From positions 960,001 through 1,024,000 of the forward strand of contig CBDETK010000013.1 in assembly GCA_965242865.1 (NCBI GenBank): DNA of 64,000 bases, in the 5' to 3' direction. The notes beneath the pieces are model-generated. The model was not told the origin of the DNA and ran no database searches. It saw only the letters and a program-made list of their open reading frames with translations. Positions 43,549 through 51,569 of the stretch are shown piece after piece. The DNA comes from Candidatus Latescibacterota bacterium (GTDB lineage: Bacteria > Latescibacterota > UBA2968 > UBA8231). A program made the position numbers and the translations under genes. The stretch's first letter is position 1. Every line of letters begins with the position of its first letter.

Positions 43549-45294
43549 TTACCTCCCATCCAACATATTCCAAATATCAGGATCAACAGGTCGCCTAACT
43601 ACATCCAACGGCAACTGACCCAAATTATTCGCAATACTCTGCGAAGCTCCTCTATCTATCAAGAGTTCAATACACTTCTTTGCGCCTGCATTACAAGCAA
43701 TATGCAATGCAGTCCGACCCAACTTGTCTTGTGCATCAACACTCTCTGCCCCAAACAACCGCAATTCCTCAAACCGATCCAGAAACAACTGCAACGATCC
43801 TAAATGAAAATCACCAAACGATGCGATATGAATAACAGTCAACCCAAACGAAGTCTTAGCCAAGACATCAGCACCCCGATCCAGCAAAACACGTGACACA
43901 GACGGATCATCAAATCTTGGATTGTTTGATCCTGCGGCATCAAGCAAGGGAGTATAACCCTCTCGGCCCTTTTTCTCAATCTCCGCCCCCGCATCTAACA
44001 AAATAGGAACAACACGATAAGAATTAAGATGAGCAGCCCATTTCAAAGGAGTAATATCATCACCATACAGCGCATCTATTACAGCCCCCCCTCTAATTAA
44101 ATCACGCATAACATGATCAAAATCCCGATCCGCAGCCAAATGCTGATCCGTCATGCCCTTAGTAAACTGTTCCTTATAATGATCTTTACCTTTTAACCGT
44201 ACTATTTCACCCCATTGTCCTTCGGCATCACGAGGCGGTATATACCTCCCCTCCTCCTCTACTTTGTTAAAACCAAATTCAGCCAGATCGGTTTCAAACC
44301 CATTACCAATTAACGAAATGCTTTTACACCGAATAACACCAGTACCCACAGGATCACAACGATTAAAAACAAGACTTCCTGGCGGCAAAGAAGTCAAAGC
44401 ATCATACGCTCTAACAGCATCCTTATCCTTAAATAAAACCGTCAACTCTGGCTTACGAGGCATTTTACCGCATACCCAATCCATCCAAAACCGAAACTGC
44501 AACTCTTTCTCCCCTTCTTCCTCTGACCACATCATCTTTATATTATCCAAATCCACACATAGATTCACACCCCAGCCATTCTCTTTCATGTCAAAATCAA
44601 TAAAAGAAATGCCTTGCAGCTTATCTTTTTTTGGTGCCCGTCTATCCCATACAAGCCAACGATACAAAAACGGATCCTTTTCACTCGTACACTTATACTT
44701 CTCCCTTAAAATCCACCATATCAGGTTGCCAAGGTGCAAAGAAAAAACTCGAAACGAATACATCATGCCACGAAATTCATCATCCCCTAAGTCAGAAGGA
44801 AAACCCTCGCCCTCATATTGAACCATATACTTCAAGCGAGAATACCGCTCAATAGCACAACGTAAATTCTCATCCGTCTCTATATCCACAACTAGACATA
44901 AGTCTTGAACTAATCGGTCATTCTTAGTCTCTAAATAGTCCAAAATTTTTTTTAGATCATGAGTACGATCCTTAACTGCACCCTCACCATTCTGGCGCAT
45001 AGACTTATCAAAAATTATACCTGGATGGTTCCAGCCATACCGCAAAATCAAATAAGCCTTCAATGCAGTCTCAATTAGATATGCAGCATTTTCAAGCCAA
45101 CTAAGCACATCAGCCCTTTTTTCCTTATCCCCATCCAATACATCCTTAGAAACAGGCGGCCTTAACCACACCTTCCAATCCAAGCGGTTCGCAAATAGAT
45201 CAGCATCCCGTTTCTTTCGGGCAACGTATTCACAAAAATCATACTCAGCCTTAAACCCCGGATCAGCAGGCTCAGTACGAATCGGCTCCTTCAT
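43549..45294 (-). CDS. HEPN-like N-terminal domain + unknown middle + C-terminal ankyrin repeats
   Basis: AYLIETALKAYL...RTHDLKKIL...RY; TPLKWAA, GYTPLLDAA, GLTVIHIA, GRTALHIAC, GQLPLD; AGGAG RBS. Confidence 0.8.
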   Translation of the reverse strand: MKEPIRTEPADPGFKAEYDFCEYVARKKRDADLFANRLDWKVWLRPPVSKDVLDGDKEKRADVLSWLENAAYLIETALKAYLILRYGWNHPGIIFDKSMRQNGEGAVKDRTHDLKKILDYLETKNDRLVQDLCLVVDIETDENLRCAIERYSRLKYMVQYEGEGFPSDLGDDEFRGMMYSFRVFSLHLGNLIWWILREKYKCTSEKDPFLYRWLVWDRRAPKKDKLQGISFIDFDMKENGWGVNLCVDLDNIKMMWSEEEGEKELQFRFWMDWVCGKMPRKPELTVLFKDKDAVRAYDALTSLPPGSLVFNRCDPVGTGVIRCKSISLIGNGFETDLAEFGFNKVEEEGRYIPPRDAEGQWGEIVRLKGKDHYKEQFTKGMTDQHLAADRDFDHVMRDLIRGGAVIDALYGDDITPLKWAAHLNSYRVVPILLDAGAEIEKKGREGYTPLLDAAGSNNPRFDDPSVSRVLLDRGADVLAKTSFGLTVIHIASFGDFHLGSLQLFLDRFEELRLFGAESVDAQDKLGRTALHIACNAGAKKCIELLIDRGASQSIANNLGQLPLDVVRRPVDPDIWNMLDGR

Positions 45295-45337
45295 TTTATT
45301 CTCCTACGGGTTACGCGCCAACACACGCTGACGCTGA

Positions 45338-46095
45338 GAAGCTGTCTAAAAACCCTGTGATGTATCGCGTATTTGAGTTGGCGTACTCATTGAGCCATCT
45401 TCAGGTTTCGCTAAAAAATCTGAACAGAAAGGCTCGTATAATGAGTACGCCGAGTGGTCAATATGCCACCGATGTAACTGATGCACAATGGCCGCCGCTC
45501 GGACCGTTACTGCCGGCTCCGATTTGGCGTCCCAACGGTCCGGGTCGGCCGCCGCACGGTCAGCACCAGATCGTCCATGGTATTTTGTATCTGACGAAGG
45601 CCGGCTGTCCTTGGGCGTTGTTGCCGCTTTGTTTGGGTCTTTGGAAGACGGTGTATGATGCCTTCCGCCGTTGGAGTCGCCAAGGGGTCTGGGCGAAGGC
45701 GTTGGATCGGCTCACGCAGCCGGAACATCGTCGTACCGGCCGGGCGGCTACGCCATCGCCGGCGGTATCGAAAGCCAGACGATAAAGACCGCAACCCAAG
45801 GTAAAACAACCGGATACGACGCCGGTAAAAAAAATCCAAGGACGCAAACGTCATCTATTGGTCGACTCTTTGGGCTTGCTTCGACAGGTTGTGGTCACCG
45901 CCGCCGATGTAGAAGACCGGGCGGGCTTGAAGCAGGGGTTGACCCGCTATCAGGCGACCGGCACCCCCGGTTACGCAACCGGGGGGCGATGGCGGCTATC
46001 GCGGCGAGGCGATCCGAACAGGGGTGGCCAATCTTAAAAAGACGTACAAGATAGACTTGGAAATCGTCGCCAAAATATAGTTTTCAGACAGCTTC
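45338..46095 (+). mobile_element. IS5-family (IS1031-like) element, internally deleted
   Basis: 16-bp TIRs GAAGCTGTCT(A/G)AAAAC at 45338-45353 and 46080-46095, flanked by 3-bp TGA duplication. Confidence 0.88.
45441..46078 (+). pseudogene. IS5-family transposase, frameshifted and truncated
   Basis: YATDVTDAQW, GRPP, GCPWALLP, WKTVYDAFRRW; other frames IESQTIK, GYDAGKK, GRKRHLLVD; C-terminal 'RW.VER' region absent. Confidence 0.85.
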
Positions 46096-46170
46096 TGAGT
46101 AAAAAACACGAACCTTGTATCAGATATAAAATACGCAAAAAAATCACAAAAAATACAAAAACGAAAAAAT

Positions 46171-46335
46171 TTATTCACCCGCCGACCCAACATAAACCAC
46201 AAATTCCATATCATCCCGGTCCTCTATCGGAAACTCTTTAACCCGAACCACCTCGACACACAAAAACATGCCGGGCTGCACCCCTGACCGCGCCACCAAA
46301 GCGTTCAACGTAGGTGTCTCAAAACCGCACTCCAC
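46171..46335 (-). CDS. possible small ORF or gene fragment (54 aa)
   Basis: Open frame MECGFETPTLN...FVVYVGSAGE with the same strand bias as 43549-45294. Confidence 0.3.
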   Translation of the reverse strand: MECGFETPTLNALVARSGVQPGMFLCVEVVRVKEFPIEDRDDMEFVVYVGSAGE

Positions 46336-46337
46336 GC

Positions 46338-46955
46338 TTAATCAAGTATGTAATTCCCTTCTTTTAAAGTACTGCAATACTGGGCGATCTTTTCTGCTAC
46401 TTCATCTCTGAATTTTTCCAGCCGGGAGTCTAGAGATTCTCGCGTCTGTTGCAGCGACTCCTCCAACGCCTTGATACGTCGCTGTAGATGAGAATGAGGA
46501 ACCATGGCGTATAGTTGCTTCGCCACTTCTATGTCTAACTCAATCCGACCTATCGAATTGTAGAGGTAAGGGAGCCTCTTCCTGTACTCTTCCACCTTCC
46601 CCTCCACCAACTCATTGATCTCATCCCAGTCGAAGATGATAGGCGGCCGCTCCTCAGCAGGGGTTAGCTCAAACCCCCTCCGCCACTCCTCGGCTTTCTT
46701 CAGTAGAGCAGGCAGACGTTCCGGCCAGTCGTGGAGCATGTTCGGCGAGAAGTCGGCTCCGGTAGGCCAAGTCGGGACCCCATCGTCCAGATAAACTTGG
46801 TTGAACAGTTTGAGGTCCTTCAGAGGACTATATATCCGGCCCGATAGGATAGGACGAAGGTCGGCCTCTTGGCATGTGCCGTCCTCAAAGGAGGCCCGCA
46901 GTTTGTAGGGACCTATCACTTCGAGACGGATCACTTTATGGAGTTCATAATCCAC
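46338..46955 (-). CDS. DUF2442-like domain protein with helical C-terminal extension
   Basis: YKLRASFEDG, L.G.IY.PL.D..LFNQV, PTWPTGADFSP. Confidence 0.75.
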   Translation of the reverse strand: MDYELHKVIRLEVIGPYKLRASFEDGTCQEADLRPILSGRIYSPLKDLKLFNQVYLDDGVPTWPTGADFSPNMLHDWPERLPALLKKAEEWRRGFELTPAEERPPIIFDWDEINELVEGKVEEYRKRLPYLYNSIGRIELDIEVAKQLYAMVPHSHLQRRIKALEESLQQTRESLDSRLEKFRDEVAEKIAQYCSTLKEGNYILD

Positions 46956-47003
46956 TTGTTTTATAAAACTCCGTTAGACAGAGCCGGCTCAAGGTTTGCT
47001 TCC

Positions 47004-47366
47004 TCAAGCAATGTCGCGCACCAGCACCAAAATCGCCGCCTGCGGCACGACGATGAACTTCTCGTCGTCGAACTTGATTTCCACCGCGTCCTTGCGCAGA
47101 AAAATGGCGTGATCGCCCTTTTTGGCTTGGAGGCCGATGTAGCGCATCTGCTCGCTCCCCTCCTCCCAAGGCACACCGTCGTCATCGGCTTTCGGCGGCA
47201 GGGGAACGCCCGGCCCCACCTCTTCGACGCGCCCGCTTTGCACGTTCTCCTTTTCCAAAGCGGTCGGCGGCAAGTAAAGCCCCACGGCCGTGCGCTCTTC
47301 CATGTCGTCAACCCGGATTAACACGCGGTCGCCGACTACGTATAGTTCTTTGTCGCCTCGGATCAT
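47004..47366 (-). CDS. groES: co-chaperonin GroES-family protein (no adjacent groEL)
   Basis: VGDRVLI, TAVGLYLP, GRVEEVGPG, KKGD. Confidence 0.8.
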   Translation of the reverse strand: MIRGDKELYVVGDRVLIRVDDMEERTAVGLYLPPTALEKENVQSGRVEEVGPGVPLPPKADDDGVPWEEGSEQMRYIGLQAKKGDHAIFLRKDAVEIKFDDEKFIVVPQAAILVLVRDIA

Positions 47367-47396
47367 TTTACCTCCCTTGGGTAATCCGTCGAGTTC

Positions 47397-48611
47397 CTAG
47401 GACGCCAGCCGCAAACACTCGCCGTAGCGCTCAAAGCACTCCCCTTCCTCCTCGGCTGGATCGACGTACTTGAGCCAAAGGGCGCTGTCCTTCTTGGCCC
47501 CGCTGAGGTCGCGGCGGCTGCCTAGCTGGCTGGGGTCCGCGCCGTTCCACACCACTTGGCCATCCTGCATATAAATGAACTCCCCCCGATAGCGGTCGAT
47601 GAGCGGCCGCTGTTGGTCTTGGTAGATCAGCCCCTGCTCGCAGGTGGTGCGCCGCCAGTTGGCCACGGTGGCGTCTGAGTCCGTGGCCACCGAGTCAAAT
47701 TCGGCCAGCGGCGCCTCGACCTCACTGGCAAAGTCAATCTCGGCCAAATCCACCGTGCCAAAGCCGCGCCCGGCCGCGATCAGCAGGTGATTGCGGTCGC
47801 GGCGGAAAGGCGGGGTCGGCCAATCGGATTGGGGATCGTGGCCCATCAAGACCATGCCGCAGGCGTCGGTTGCCACCGGGTGATCGCCGGCCATCAAGGC
47901 ATTGCAAATCCGGCCCTCGCCGCCCCATTCGCGGCCCCACTGGCCGGTCAGCGCCTCGACGATGTTGAGGCAGGGCTTGGTAATCAGGCCCAAGTCCGGC
48001 AAGACGTAGGAAAGCCGGATGATGTGGTGGTAGTACGAGCGCGTCCGCCCCTCCGGCGGGATCATCGGCGGCAGGCCAAAGAGGTTTTTCAAGGTCAGGG
48101 TAATGCCCATGAAGGCGTGGTTCTTCATCTTGGCGATGGACACCATCTCGTCGGCCTCGGCAAAGACCGAGTTGAGCACGTATTGGTCGAACATGCAGCC
48201 GCCATCGGGCACGGCAAAGGTGGTAAAGGGCGGCAAATTGCCATCGACAAAGCGGACGCCAAACTCGTCCAACAAGTAGCGGTAGTTGAAGTCGTCTGGG
48301 GTCACGTGACCGTTGCCGTAGGGATAGGTATCGACGGCCACGAGCTCGGCCGTCGTCCGCTCTCGCAACAGGCGCAACACCGCCCGCGCCATGGCGTCGT
48401 CGACCAACTCCCGGCGGCGCCCCGCGAAATACTCCACGCGCTCCGGCGGCTTAATCATGTTGAATTTCAGCGCGATCCGCCGCGCCCGGGCCAACTTCTC
48501 CCACGAGCGGTCCAGCGGGTCGGTCGTGCGCTTGAGCACTTGGTAAATCTCCTCGTCGCTGGCTTGGTGATCACAATGCGAAGCTCTGACTTTGTACTGT
48601 TTGTCGCTCAT
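47397..48611 (-). CDS. DUF362 domain protein
   Basis: IALKFN, SIAKMKNH, TLTLKNLFG, GDHPVATD. Confidence 0.8.
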   Translation of the reverse strand: MSDKQYKVRASHCDHQASDEEIYQVLKRTTDPLDRSWEKLARARRIALKFNMIKPPERVEYFAGRRRELVDDAMARAVLRLLRERTTAELVAVDTYPYGNGHVTPDDFNYRYLLDEFGVRFVDGNLPPFTTFAVPDGGCMFDQYVLNSVFAEADEMVSIAKMKNHAFMGITLTLKNLFGLPPMIPPEGRTRSYYHHIIRLSYVLPDLGLITKPCLNIVEALTGQWGREWGGEGRICNALMAGDHPVATDACGMVLMGHDPQSDWPTPPFRRDRNHLLIAAGRGFGTVDLAEIDFASEVEAPLAEFDSVATDSDATVANWRRTTCEQGLIYQDQQRPLIDRYRGEFIYMQDGQVVWNGADPSQLGSRRDLSGAKKDSALWLKYVDPAEEEGECFERYGECLRLAS

Positions 48612-48732
48612 GGGACGCTCCTTTTGGGCCTTTTCACTGTGGGTACTAGGTGATATATTGAAAAACATATCGTGCGACTCTTCTATGTCAAGCCAGCCGC
48701 GCTTCCCGCTCATCCACAGCAAAGGACACCCC

Positions 48733-49560
48733 ATGAGACCGCTGGTCCTGTTCCACGGAGGCTGCAATGACGGCTTCTGTGCTGCGTGGATCTACCGCCG
48801 CTACGTCAACCCGCACACCGAGTTTAAGGCCGTTCAATACAACACCGATCCGCCAGCGACAGCGGGCCGCGACGTCGTCATCCTCGACTTTAGCTACGAG
48901 CGGGAGCAACTCATGGCCATGCGCGATCGCGCCCGCTCGCTCTTGGTCTTGGACCATCACGAGACCGCGGCCGAGGCCCTCGCCGGGCTCGACTATTGCG
49001 TGTTTGCCCAAGACAAGTCTGGGGCGCGCATGACTTGGGAACACTTTTTCGATCCCCGCTCTGAGGTCCGCATCGACGACGTCCCTTGGCTGGTATCCTA
49101 TACCGAAGACCGCGACCTGTGGCGCTGGGCCTTGCCCGATTCCAAGGCCATCAACGCGGCCCTCGCCTCGTACCCGCGCGACTTTGCCGTGTGGGACGAA
49201 ATCGCCGAGCGCGGTCCGCAAGCCCTCGTCGTGGAAGGCCAAGCCATTCTCCGCTTCCAACACCGGATCATCCGGCCGCGCGTACGCAATCACGGTTGGA
49301 CCACCATTAGCGGGTTCCGCGTCCCCATTACCAATGCCACGTTTCTGACCTCTGAGATCGGCAATGCCCTCGCCGAAGGGCATCCTTTTTCCGCCGTGTT
49401 TTTCGTCCGCCCGGACAACCGGGTCGTGTACAATCTGCGCTCCAAGGGAAAGGCGGCCGCCGATGTGGGCCGCATCGCGCGCGAGTACGGCGGCGGCGGG
49501 CACAGGCACGCGGCCGCTTTTACCCTAGAGACCATGTTGCCGATGGAGGCCGGGACCTAA
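48733..49560 (+). CDS. DHH/DHHA1 family phosphoesterase
   Basis: FHGGCNDG, ILDFS, LDHH, EDRDLW, GGGGHRHAA. Confidence 0.85.
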   Translation: MRPLVLFHGGCNDGFCAAWIYRRYVNPHTEFKAVQYNTDPPATAGRDVVILDFSYEREQLMAMRDRARSLLVLDHHETAAEALAGLDYCVFAQDKSGARMTWEHFFDPRSEVRIDDVPWLVSYTEDRDLWRWALPDSKAINAALASYPRDFAVWDEIAERGPQALVVEGQAILRFQHRIIRPRVRNHGWTTISGFRVPITNATFLTSEIGNALAEGHPFSAVFFVRPDNRVVYNLRSKGKAAADVGRIAREYGGGGHRHAAAFTLETMLPMEAGT

Positions 49561-50361
49561 ATGACTCCCGAACAGCGCTACCTATTCGACCTCAACGGGT
49601 ACTTGCACCTTCCCAATGTGCTCAGCGACCGCGAACTAGCGGCCGGACGAGCCGCCATCGATCGCTACATGGCCACGCCCGACGACGAGCTGCCCGCGGG
49701 CTTTTCCCGCTCGGACGACGGCAAGTCCTACGCCAACGGCTTTGCTTTCGACAAGGCACTCGAATCCTTGCTCTTCCACCCCACCCTGTGGCCCATCATC
49801 AAGGAGTTCACGCACGACCGGCCCGCTTTTTCGCGGGGCACCTTGTTGGTGGATAGTCACCGGCACGAGCCGCTGCGCCTGCATTGCGCACGTGAGGACT
49901 TTGGCTGGTACAGTACGCGCTACGACACCCGCGAGGGTCGCATCTTCTGCGACGACTTCGTCATCTTCCCCTATTTTGACGACGTCTTCCCGGGCGACGG
50001 CGGCTTGCTGGTGGTCCCCGGCTCGCACAAGGCGGCGTTTGCGCGGCCGCCCAGCCTGTTCAACGGCGGCGTCACCGCCGAGCTAAAGGATGTGCCGGTT
50101 GGCGTCGTCAATGTGACGCCGCGGGCCGGCGATGCTGTGGTTATGACGGAAATGCTGGCTCACGGGACCTTGCAATGGCAGCCCAAAGATCGCCTGCGCC
50201 GCACCTTGGTGTTGCGCTACCGGCCCCAATTCAAGGGCCAAGCCGCGGTCCCGGACGTCCTCTACGACCGCTTGTCGCCGCAGACGCTAGCGCTGATGGC
50301 CCCGGCGCACTACACCCATGTCAAAGAGATCGTCAAGCAAGATGTGGTGCGGCTCACCTAA
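49561..50361 (+). CDS. phytanoyl-CoA dioxygenase (PhyH) family
   Basis: YLFDLNGYL, GGLLVVPGSHK, AGDAVV..LAHG. Confidence 0.82.
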   Translation: MTPEQRYLFDLNGYLHLPNVLSDRELAAGRAAIDRYMATPDDELPAGFSRSDDGKSYANGFAFDKALESLLFHPTLWPIIKEFTHDRPAFSRGTLLVDSHRHEPLRLHCAREDFGWYSTRYDTREGRIFCDDFVIFPYFDDVFPGDGGLLVVPGSHKAAFARPPSLFNGGVTAELKDVPVGVVNVTPRAGDAVVMTEMLAHGTLQWQPKDRLRRTLVLRYRPQFKGQAAVPDVLYDRLSPQTLALMAPAHYTHVKEIVKQDVVRLT

Positions 50362-50379
50362 ACGAGGTCAAATCCAAGC

Positions 50380-50421
50380 AAAACAGGCACCTGCGATGGC
50401 TCGCAAGTGCCTGTTTTTTTT
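50380..50421. terminator. bidirectional terminator between phyH and tRNA-Lys
   Basis: AAAACAGGCACCTGCGA-N4-TCGCAAGTGCCTGTTTTTTTT. Confidence 0.8.
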
Positions 50422-50496
50422 GGTGAGCCCACTGGGAATCGAACCCAGGACCTACGGATTAAAAGTCCGGTGCTCTACCAGCTGAGCTATAGGCTC
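50421..50496 (-). tRNA. tRNA-Lys(TTT)
   Basis: GAGCCTATAGCTCAGCTGGTAGAGCACCGGACTTTTAATCCGTAGGTCCTGGGTTCGATTCCCAGTGGGCTCACCA. Confidence 0.96.
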
Positions 50497-50666
50497 TATC
50501 GGGGTTGTATGTAATTCAAAATAGGCGGTTTGCATCCCTATCGCAAGGTTTCCGCCCCCGCGCTCTGGACCGTTTACTACGCGACACCAGCCCTCGTCGA
50601 GGGCGGGACGGGAACACCAGAAAAGGCGGCCTCAAAGCAAGGGGCGCGTACTTAGGCTGGACAGAC

Positions 50667-50704
50667 AAAAAAGCCCCAGCTTGCGGTAAGCGGCAAGCCG
50701 GGGC
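50667..50704 (-). terminator. intrinsic terminator after the LATKE genes
   Basis: Minus-strand GCCCCGGCUUGC/GCAAGCUGGGGC + U6. Confidence 0.7.
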
Positions 50705-50732
50705 AACGCGGGATTGGAATTGTAATCGGTAT

Positions 50733-50957
50733 TTAAGGGATGGCGTATTTGAAAACAATTTGAATCAAGACCAGCACCACGGGCACTCCGATGCCTATCG
50801 CCTTGATCGCCATCCGCACTTCGCCCTTGAGTTCGGCTACGTCCTCTTTGGTCGCCAAACCCTTTAATTCACCTTTGAGTTCGGCCACATCCTCCTTAGT
50901 CGCCAGATACTTATGAGTGCCTTCTAAGCTGGCGACCCTTTCCGTTACTTCTGCCAT
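50733..50957 (-). CDS. short coiled-coil membrane-anchored protein (DUF1640/CCDC90-like), 2 LATKE units
   Basis: LATKEDVAELKGE x2, C-terminal TM, AGGAG RBS. Confidence 0.75.
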   Translation of the reverse strand: MAEVTERVASLEGTHKYLATKEDVAELKGELKGLATKEDVAELKGEVRMAIKAIGIGVPVVLVLIQIVFKYAIP

Positions 50958-51055
50958 TGCGTTGCTCCTGTCTAGTGGGTACGGGCAATATAGCTCTATT
51001 CAACAGCGGTAAGCGGCAAGCCGGGGCAACGCGGGATTGGAATTGTAATCGGTGT

Positions 51056-51511
51056 TTAAGGGATGGCGTATTTGAAAACAATTTGAATCAAGACTAGCAC
51101 CACGGGCACTCCGATGCCTATCGCCTTGATCGCCATCCGCACTTCGCCCCTGAGTTCGGCCACATCCGCCTTGAGTTCGCTAACTTCCTCCTTCGTCGCC
51201 AAACCCTTGAGCGCCCCCTTGAGTTCGGCTACATCCGCCTTGAGTTCGCTAAACTCCTCCTTCGTCGCCAAACCCTTGAGCGCCCCCTTGAGTTCGGCCA
51301 CATCCGCCTTGAGTTCGCTAACCTCTTCCTTCGTCGCCAAACCCTTTAATTCCCCCTTGAGTTCGGCAAAGTCCTCCTTGGTCGCCAACCCCTTGAGTTC
51401 CCCCTTGAGTTCCCCCTTGAGTTCCCCCTTGAGTTCGCTAACCTCCTCCTTGGTCGCCAGATACTTATGAGTGCCTTCTAAGCCGGCGACCTTTTTCGTT
51501 ACTTCTGCCAT
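51056..51511 (-). CDS. longer paralogue, 5 LATKE units
   Basis: Near-identical N-terminus and identical TM tail; expanded repeat region. Confidence 0.78.
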   Translation of the reverse strand: MAEVTKKVAGLEGTHKYLATKEEVSELKGELKGELKGELKGLATKEDFAELKGELKGLATKEEVSELKADVAELKGALKGLATKEEFSELKADVAELKGALKGLATKEEVSELKADVAELRGEVRMAIKAIGIGVPVVLVLIQIVFKYAIP

Positions 51512-51569
51512 TGCGTTGCTCCTATCTAGTTGGTACGGGCAATATAGCACTATTTAACGCCGCGTCCAG

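Larger units (their letters stand above)
50683..51549. repeat. tandem gene duplication (units ~50683-50994 and ~51006-51549) with internal microrepeats
   Basis: Shared GCGGTAAGCGGCAAGCCGGGGCAACGCGGGATTGGAATTGTAATCGGT and GGTACGGGCAATATAGC ends; repeated CCCCTTGAGTTC. Confidence 0.92.

Noticed and set aside
42012-46336. Diversity-generating retroelement or retron explaining ankyrin variants and A-rich DNA
   Set aside because: No reverse transcriptase and no template/variable repeat pair differing only at adenines
50421-50496. tRNA-Lys as integration site of the defence region
   Set aside because: Region lies on the tRNA 5' side; no duplicated 3' end or integrase seen
50683-51549. Possible CRISPR array
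   Set aside because: Repeats are in-frame coding units without unique spacers; no cas genes
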